From the NCBI RefSeq assembly GCF_009914755.1, contig NC_060925.1: 64,000 bases of DNA; one strand, 5' to 3'. The notes below the pieces were generated by a model, which ran no database searches, was not told where the DNA came from, and was given only the letters and a program-made list of their open reading frames with translations. How positions within the stretch are numbered: position 1 is the stretch's first letter; each line of letters opens with the position of its first letter. The DNA is from the human T2T-CHM13v2.0 reference genome, Homo sapiens. A program made the position numbers and the translations under genes. Of this stretch, positions 51,524-64,000 are shown piece after piece.

Positions 51524-53427
51524 TGTAGTCTTTTTTTTTAAGTACCTTTAAAAAGAGTGGGTCCCTGATCCTCCAACGGCATGACCAGTAAACATCTCCG
51601 TTTCTTCTTCTCCGACCTACTCCTCACCAGATGCCTCCGCGCTGAGACCTACCCCTCAGCCCCGCTCCCACATTCCTTCTATGGTATCCTGCATCATCCT
51701 CTCTTCTAGCCAGAGCATGGTCTCTGGGGCCAGGCAGACCTGGGTTGAATACCTACTCCTTTACTGTGTAGTCTTGGGCAAATTATTGTTGGCTTCAGTC
51801 TATTTATAAAATATGGATAAAAGCAACCTCTGCAAAGAACCACTGGAGAAGCGTATTAAAATACAGACTCCTACCCTGCCCACCCCCAGTCCCAACTAAG
51901 ACTCAGCAGGTCTAGCTGGTGGCTGGGAAGGCTGCATTATAAGCAGGTACCTGTGTGTTCTGTGTAGACCTGGCCCTGCCGTTTGAGAAACAATGGTGTT
52001 AGAATTAGAGGTATGAATGTAAAGTGCCTATTACATACATACACATGGCTATGTAATGAATGGTGCTGCCTTTCTTCTAAGGGCCTTGTCTCAGAGTTAT
52101 GTCATTCTGTACACGGTACCTCAGGAAGTCAGGGCAGCCAAGACCCAGCTCTTCTGACTCTGCACCTACATCCCTCTGTGCCTTCAGGACACTTAGGTGA
52201 CATTCATCTGGCTGTCACCACAGGCTTCCTGTGGGTTAGCCAGACTCTTCGCTGCTTCCTCACTTCAGGGCTTTGGTTGTGGCCATGACAGCTTTCCCTA
52301 ACCTCAGGTTGCCCTCTAGGGACTTGAAACTGTCTCTTCAGGCTTAAATGCTATGGCAGAACCTTTCAGGGGTAGAGAACAGAGTATCCACTAACATTTC
52401 TGGAATATTCCACATCTAGCTCTTGGGTGGGTATTAACAGTCCCAGTATACGGATGAGGAAATGAAGGCTTCAGGTGGTGCAGGGAGCTGTGAAGCTGGG
52501 TTCTCTCTGCCATCTGCCTCCTTCCACCGTCCTACCCTGTCACACAAGGAGAGCACTAAGATCTCCATTACAATGTGCATGTGGCAGAGAGGTGGCCTAT
52601 GCTACAATTTAAGACTTCAGAATGGAGTTCTACTGGTTTGGTTTTGAAAATGGAAGTTTTCGGGTGATTGCTAACTTTGTAGTGCTGTCACTCACAGCTC
52701 ATTTTATTCTGTTTAATCGGCTCTCTGCTTCCCCAGTTAAGAAATAGAGGCAAAACTGCTCTTAGGTCACACGGTCATGAAGTGAGGTCTTAACCTCCAG
52801 GCTCCTTCCAGGCCACAGGCCTGCCCCAATCTCTCCTCCCCTTCTCTGCAGAAAGAAGTCCAGTCTCTCAGAACAGACGAATGCTGTGACAAAACATAGG
52901 TGGAAAGCAGCTCTGCGATGACAGGGATCACCCTGGGAACCAGTAAAACCCTTTGGCTAGGGTACCCCAAGAGACTCTGCTATACCCAGAGACCAAGCCT
53001 TATGTCACCCTAGGACTTGGGCCCAACAGGAAAAAGGAGTCACTTTGTCTCCAAGCCCCCATTCTTCTTTTTATTTCTTCTACTCTGTTCCCACTGTTCC
53101 AGCCTAGTCCAAGACTCTGGCTTCCTCCCACCTGACTACGGTTGTTTCTTGTGAGTCTTCTATAGCACATCCTCAGCCTCTCCTTTCACAGGCCCTGAGG
53201 GCAGCAGAGGCAGCATAGCAGAGTAGTTAAGAGCTTATGTTTACCTCTCCTGTAATTTCAATTCCATCCAGTCTCCAACCACTACTGATTTTTTCTGATC
53301 ACCCTTTGTAGCCCAATTCCAAATGAAACCTATAATTTGTAACCCTCCAACTGTTTCACTATCCCTCATTCTCTCCCGTACTCAGCTCAGATTCCATGAG
53401 GCATCATTCTTATCACTTCTTGCATAT

Positions 53428-53735
53428 ACTTTCTTTTCTTTCCTATTTTTTTGAGACAGGGTCTCAGCTCTGTCACCCAGGCTGGAGGGCAGTGCAGCAA
53501 TCTCAACTCACTGCAGCCTCAACCTCCCCACTCAGGTGATCCTCCCACCTCAGCCTCCCGAGTAGCTGGGACTACAGGCACGTGCCACCACATCTGGCTA
53601 ATTTTTTGTATTTTCTGTAGAGATGGGGTTTCATCACAATGCCAGGGCTGGTCTTAAACTCCTGGGCTCAAGCGATCCACCTGCCTCAGCCTCCCTTAAG
53701 TACTGCAATTATAGGTGTGAGCCACTGTGCCCAGC
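53428..53735 (-). mobile_element. AluJ-like within an L2 remnant
   Basis: Alu consensus. Confidence 0.88.
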
Positions 53736-54784
53736 GGACTTTCTTCTTTTCATCAACTGATTTTACCTGGCTAAACTTGAACCTAATTAGATCCAACTCC
53801 CCATCTGCTCTGTTCCTGCACCTGAGCAACTGAATATGGCTGAACAAAAATACAACATGTTGATGGTCTCACTTAAAACCTACAATCACAACCTCAGTGG
53901 GCCCTGGGACCATCCACCCAGCAACCCTATTACACCTGTCAGGCCCACCACCTACTCCTCCCTCTTCTACAGGACTATTTCACACTGAAATATTTACTGG
54001 GTGGGTCACTGATCTCAGGTTCCTACCACTAGAAATATGAGAAAAAGTACACAGATCTCACAGGGCTTTTGTAAGGATTGAGTAATATGCATATTACTGT
54101 GCATATGCATCTGTGCTTAGCACAGATCTAGACACAGAGAAAGTGCTCAGAGAATGTTACCTCTATTTTCATTTCCCCAAAGCAGGGCTCTACTTAATTC
54201 TGCTCTGACTGAGGATCTATCATGAAACAATTATCCCGTTTATGGAGGAGCAAACAAAGGCTTAGAGAAGATTAGTAATCTTTCTGAAGTCACATGACTT
54301 ATGAACAAAGTTGGGATTTGAACCCAGAACTGTCTGAACTCCAGAACCCACAGCCTTAGCATCCATGCTCTGCTGCTTTATGGCCCCAAGGCCAACCTTC
54401 TGAATCCAGCTTAAGGTTTTAAATTCTGAAGTTCTATTTCTGAGTCAACCCACTCACCCTTCTTGTACCTCCTTCTCCTGGGAGAGAATACAGAAGAGTG
54501 GGTTTAGGTCACCGCGCCTTAAACATGCCCCATGCCCTTTGCTAGCTAGTCTTTGTAGGCCTCCTCAGCTTAGACTACCACTCCCCTGCACCTGCCCCAA
54601 ACTCACCAACTCTCCTATACGAGGCTTGTCTCCTCAGTGAAGCACCGCAGATGTCCAGAGATTCCTTCTTTCTCTGAACTCCTCCAGTACCAGACTGGCC
54701 CACCCTGCTTTATGCTTCCTCACAAAGGCTGCGGCTTCTGCCCCTCTCCCACTCAGTGTCTCATAAAGAACAGGTAGGAGCTCA

Positions 54785-55114
<330 letters not shown>

Positions 55115-56175
55115 TCAAAGTCAGAAGGGAGACACTGGGTTGGAGACTGGAAACTCTATGGTTTCCATCAGGGAATAGGTTAGGGGTGGGGTGGGGTCCA
55201 TTTCCCATCCACTGTGGCAAACCAGTCCCTTACTACACCAGCAGGCCAGGCCTTACCTGCTGGGCAAGCTTTGTGGCTGTGGCTGGTGCTGAGTGTTAGC
55301 AAAGACAGGAGGATGTGTGTGTGAAGTGTACAGGTGGTGGGGGGACTGGAGGGGGGGTTCTTAGTGATAATCAGCCGTCCCTGAAGTGGTATTTTGGATG
55401 TGGCAAAAAGGCTGACTGACACCAAGGCTATCCTTGTCCTTTAATTCCTGCAGTTACAGAGGTTGCTCTTTGACATAAACTCAGAGTCTCCAGTCTAAAA
55501 TTCCATTACACAGATAAGAAACTGAAGCTCCATTACTCAAGCTGGGTCGCTGTAAATTCATGGGTGTTCATTATTTCTTCTTTAAACTGTAGGTATGAGT
55601 TTTGTTTATATATTTCATAATAACGAAGGCTTGGGGAAGCTGAATGACTTTCCTAAGGTTACACAGGAAGAAGACCCTTAACATCAATGTCACTGGGATT
55701 CCCAAGCCAGGGTAAGGTTAAATTGTCCAAAAAGATAGAAATTGGCACAGTGTGCTAGTTAAGGGCATGGGCTTGGAGTCAGACAGCCCTGGGTCTGAAT
55801 CTGGGCCTCCTGGCCATGTGAACTTGGGCAAGTTACCTAATATTTTTGGGCCTCACTTTTTTTCATTTGTAAAATGAGGACAATAATACTGAGAAATTAG
55901 GTGCCATATAACATATTTAGCATGGGATCTGGCATCAAACTTGTTTTGTTGACTCTTAAGATGCCAACAATTGAAGATGCATTCTTATTTCAGAGATGTT
56001 GTGCAACTTAGAATGAAATATGTTAGCAAATAGTCAATATATAGCAGCTGTCATCATTATCAGAAACGAAAAAAAATCTGCTCATAGTATCCTAACAAGG
56101 GACAAGGAGACAAATCTGCCTCAGGAGGTGGCCCTGACCGCACACAACCCTCTGGGCTTGGACCTCCAGACCTAC

Positions 56176-56655
56176 CTTTCTTTCCATTGTTGGAGGGTGT
56201 AGACTTCCCACTATCCGAGTTCAGCTCAAACACCCGTAAGTCTGTGGGCGCCTCCTCCCTCAGAGTCTCTACTCTGGCTGGAGGCCTGGGCTCTGGGCCG
56301 CCGGTGTGGCCAGCAGGCGTTAGGGGCTTGGAGTGAATAGGGGGTGAGGGTCCAGTCTCACCCACATCCACAGCCAGGCCCTGTTCCTCCAAGGATGCCT
56401 CTAGCAGCTTTTGGGACAGGTCCTTGGGTAGCACTCGTGCCTCAGGTGCAGTGGCCGGGTTGGCGATCTGTGTCACGAGGGAGATGCTCTCACTGCTCTC
56501 TGATGGAGTCACCTCTGCTGGGGGCTCAACTGAAGTCACCAGATTCTCTTCACAGGGGCTCTGGGGGCCAGGTTCTCCTTCAGGGAATGTAGAAATTTTG
56601 GCCACAGGAACCTTTGCCTCTTTTGGAGATATGGGTGAAATGCCCATGAGCTCCT
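56176..56655 (-). CDS. BSDC1: BSDC1 large 480-nt exon
   Basis: tacag|...|gtagg; ELMGISPISPKE...TDLRVFELNSDSGKSTPSNNGKK. Confidence 0.95.
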
Positions 56656-56755
56656 CTGTAGAGAGAGAAAGGGAGGGGCAAGAGGGAAATGTAACCTGGC
56701 CAGCCATAAGACAACCTTGGAGCTCTCAAGTTCCTGCCAAAGTGTACTCTGATCA

Positions 56756-57100
<345 letters not shown>

Positions 57101-57492
57101 TCACAACGCTTCTGCAGACAGTCCCTGCTAGTCAAAGTCCTGTTTAGCCCTGGGGCCTAATGCCTGGTGGGCTTCCAGCAATGCAGTCCAAGGGGCTGTT
57201 ATGGATTAGAAAGCCAAGGCTCAGAAGTGAGTCAGTTTTGGGTTCAGGTTGGACTCTGCTACATCCTAGGTGTATGATTGGGCAAGCCACCTAACTTTTA
57301 ACTTACTCTTAACTTACTTTTATCCTTAAGAGGGGTAATGGGGTTGTGGTAAGGACTCTGTGTAGAGCTCTTAGGGCAGCCTGGACATATGGTGTAAACA
57401 AGAAATGCGTTAATATTATATCATCCAGAAGGCTTCAACATGCTGTTCTAAGCTGAGCTACAGGTAGAAGATGCTCAGCTCCCTCCCTAACT

Positions 57493-57645
57493 CAGTGGTT
57501 CCCAAACCAGCCTGGGCATTAATATTACCAGGGAACTTGTTTAAAATACATGTCTGGCCGCATCTTTACAGTCTTCTTTAGAAGGTGGGGAAAGGAATCT
57601 GGATTTTCAAGAAGCTCCCCAGTGACTAAGCGGCAGCTGGTTCAT
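57493..57645. mobile_element. MER5-like DNA transposon
   Basis: cagtggttcccaaac...gaatctggattttcaagaagctcccc. Confidence 0.65.
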
Positions 57646-57883
57646 GGGCTGGCAGGGGAATCTACACCAACTGACACATGTGATTTCTGTAGCTAAATCG
57701 GAATTCCACTAGCCTTGTTCAATATCCCCTTGTTAGCTCCGCCTATCCTCACACATACAATGTGCTTGTTCCCTACTCTTCCCTGATGGGCACCAAGTCT
57801 CTCCAGGCTTCAGAGAGCATGGCCCAGCCCAGAGCGTCCCGCACAGATGTGACACTTGCCCCTCACCTCTCAACGCCTCTTAC

Positions 57884-57962
57884 CTTCCTCCTCCTCCCAG
57901 CCGGGCTCTTCAGAGATGCTCTGTTCCGCCCGCTGCTTCAGGGCGTCCCTCCGGGCCTGCTC
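57884..57962 (-). CDS. BSDC1: BSDC1 exon (79 nt)
   Basis: EQARRDALKQRAEQSISEEPGWEEEE|gtaag. Confidence 0.95.
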
Positions 57963-58128
57963 CTGAATGTGGGGGAGCAGAAGGCCACAGGCAGTCAGGG
58001 CACCCTCTTCCTAGACCCTGGTCCTGATCCCACAACTCTTGGCACCCTGTATCCCTTTCTTCTCTCAATAAATCCAGCCTGCTTCCCCCAGGGTTGAGTG
58101 GGGACCTCCCCATGCTAGACCAGCATAC

Positions 58129-58197
58129 CTGCTCTAACTGATGGACTTTATAGAAATACCGATGCCAGAATTCTGAATGGGAAACAGCTGCTGGAAC
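58129..58197 (-). CDS. BSDC1: BSDC1 exon (69 nt, BSD domain)
   Basis: VPAAVSHSEFWHRYFYKVHQLEQ; FWxRYF BSD signature. Confidence 0.96.
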
Positions 58198-58637
58198 CTG
58201 GAGGGAGGGGAAAATGGAGGTGAGACTTTGGGAGTGTTTGTGTGGGGTCTGTGTCCCCAGCCTTATCAGTCTATTCCCAGCCAGTCTGGATTTCAGACCC
58301 AGTAAGTGGCTTAGCAGTGACAGTCAGAGCACTTCCACCCCCACCAAAGTTTCAGCCAGACCCACCTTCCTAGTCCGGGTTGGCCAAGGAGTGAGAAAAG
58401 AACTCCCATCAGGCTTTGCTGGCCCTTCCATTTCTCACCATTCTCTGATTGCCAGAAGCCTGGCAAACCAGCTTCTCCCATGTGGGGTCTTGGCTCAGGA
58501 CACAGCTGGTCTGGCTCTATGGAGCCTCCCAGTGCTCTCCGGGCCAGATGACTCTGCAGTGACTCTGAACATGTCCCTCCCACCTCCCAACACCTCAAGC
58601 CTGGAGCTGGCTGAGGCCCTGCAGGCTGGGCCCTCAC

Positions 58638-58753
58638 CATCTTGGTGTAGAGGGCCCGGATGGAGGGGCTGCCTACAAGGAGCTCTGAGATCTCCCCCTT
58701 CTTCTCCTCCAAGCAGAACTGGGAAAGCCAGGCGTCAAACAATTCCGGGGGCC
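58638..58753 (-). CDS. BSDC1: BSDC1 exon (116 nt, BSD domain)
   Basis: PPELFDAWLSQFCLEEKKGEISELLVGSPSIRALYTKM|gtgag. Confidence 0.96.
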
Positions 58754-59509
58754 CTGCAGAGGGACAGATGCTGACGGTCAGTTGCCTTGGTCTGGGAAAA
58801 GAACACTGGGCTTACAGAACATATCTAAGGCTGGACATGGAAAATGAAGAAAGCTTGTGTATTCAAAGCCACTTAGCCAAGGGTAGGGGGTCAGGCAGGG
58901 TGAAGGGGCGGGTGCCGCACCTGAGTGATCTCCAGAAGGGGCTGCAGTCTCCATTTTCTCATATCCCTGCTGGCTTTTTAGCCCATGGCACCTGGCTGCT
59001 GAATCTCCTCATCTCTGAAACAGCTGTTCTCAGGTCTCATGACCCCAGCTGCCAAAGCCAACATCTATTTCTCTGTCTTCCCTCGTGTGACCATCTCTGA
59101 CTCTGGGGGCCATTGCCTTTCTCCTGAAGCCCTCGTCTCTCCTGGTTTCTCACTCCTTTGTTATTTTCCTCCACTTCTCTGGTTGGTCCATCTGAGTCTC
59201 TGTGGGCTTCTCGTTTTCCTTTCCTTTCCATATCTCTCTGGCTTTTTATTTTTTTTCCCAAAATAATTGCCACTAAACCACAAGTTTCAACCTCATCCTC
59301 CCACTGATAATTCCTGTGTCTCTTTGCAGCCCAGGCTACTCTCTTGGCCCCAGATCCAGAGGTCCAGGTACCCCCGATACTTCCACCTGCAAACACACCG
59401 TGTGCTCATTTTCCTTCCCATCTGGTTATCTGACAGGGTTATCCAACCTGGGGGCCATCCTATCTCCTCCCTTATCCAATCACTCTGGATCACACTTCCT
59501 CAGTGTCTC

Positions 59510-63384
<3,875 letters not shown>

Positions 63385-63743
63385 ATGATTAGGAAAGATG
63401 CTATGTTTGTTGATTTTTTAAAAGTAGGTTACAAAACTGCATGTATAAAATGTCTTTTTTGTTCAGAAGAAAAAACCAAACTATCTTTACCTATGTTTAT
63501 AAACAAAAACAAATGTAAGGTTATATACCAATAAGAAATCAGGGGTTCTCTTTGGGTGATGCAATTGTGAGTTTAAAAATAATTATCCTGTCCTTGCTTA
63601 CTGGTATTTTCTGATTTACTATTAATAATATACCCATATTTATTTTTTGGCCTGAACATGGGCTGCTTTTGTGAGTACAGGATGGAAGTTAAAGCCCAGG
63701 TTACAGATGTTAGGCATCTGCAGGGGAGACTGTCAGTGAATAC

Positions 63744-63911
63744 CTTGGTGCCATCATAGGGCTCAGCTGTGCCAGACGGTGTGCCCATCAGGGTGATGAC
63801 ATCGCAGTCGATGGTTTTGTCTGGCGAAGGGGCAAAGGTGTCTGAGATCACCCCTAGGAAGTCAGATAACCCTTTCTTCATCTTCTCTGTTGCTCCTGAG
63901 GAGCCTTCCGT
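63744..63911 (-). CDS. BSDC1: BSDC1 exon (168 nt; alternative acceptor extends to 63962)
   Basis: TEGSSGATEKMKKGLSDFLGVISDTFAPSPDKTIDCDV...DGTK|gtatt; upstream exons lie outside the window. Confidence 0.94.
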
Positions 63912-64000
63912 CTGTATAGAGAACGGGCAGAGGAAGCAAGCGCCCCGGGAACAGGCTGCAATCTGGGGTATGGGGGTAAAACATTGGGGCAAAGGTGTAC

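Overview
Human (or near-identical great ape) genomic DNA, recognisable as the chr1p35 HDAC1-MARCKSL1-FAM229A-TSSK3-BSDC1 interval. It contains the 3' 11 coding exons of HDAC1 (+), complete MARCKSL1 (-), FAM229A (-) and TSSK3 (+), and the 3' 8 coding exons of BSDC1 (-). All exon boundaries were placed by reading GT/AG sites and checking phase. There are three CpG islands, about 50 Alu copies or fragments, and MIR, L2, L1 and MER relics. No CRISPR, rRNA or tRNA genes were seen. The most notable unexplained structure is in the orphan CpG island at about 31.0-32.2 kb. Three minus-strand segments there have canonical splice sites and join in phase into a 127-codon ORF. Further exon-like segments and a poly(A) signal lie downstream, and an RFX/CRE/CCAAT promoter-like cluster lies upstream. 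This suggests a cryptic gene or decayed (unitary) pseudogene between FAM229A and MARCKSL1. That interpretation is inference and needs homology and RNA checks. Repeat boundaries and subfamilies are approximate, judged by eye.
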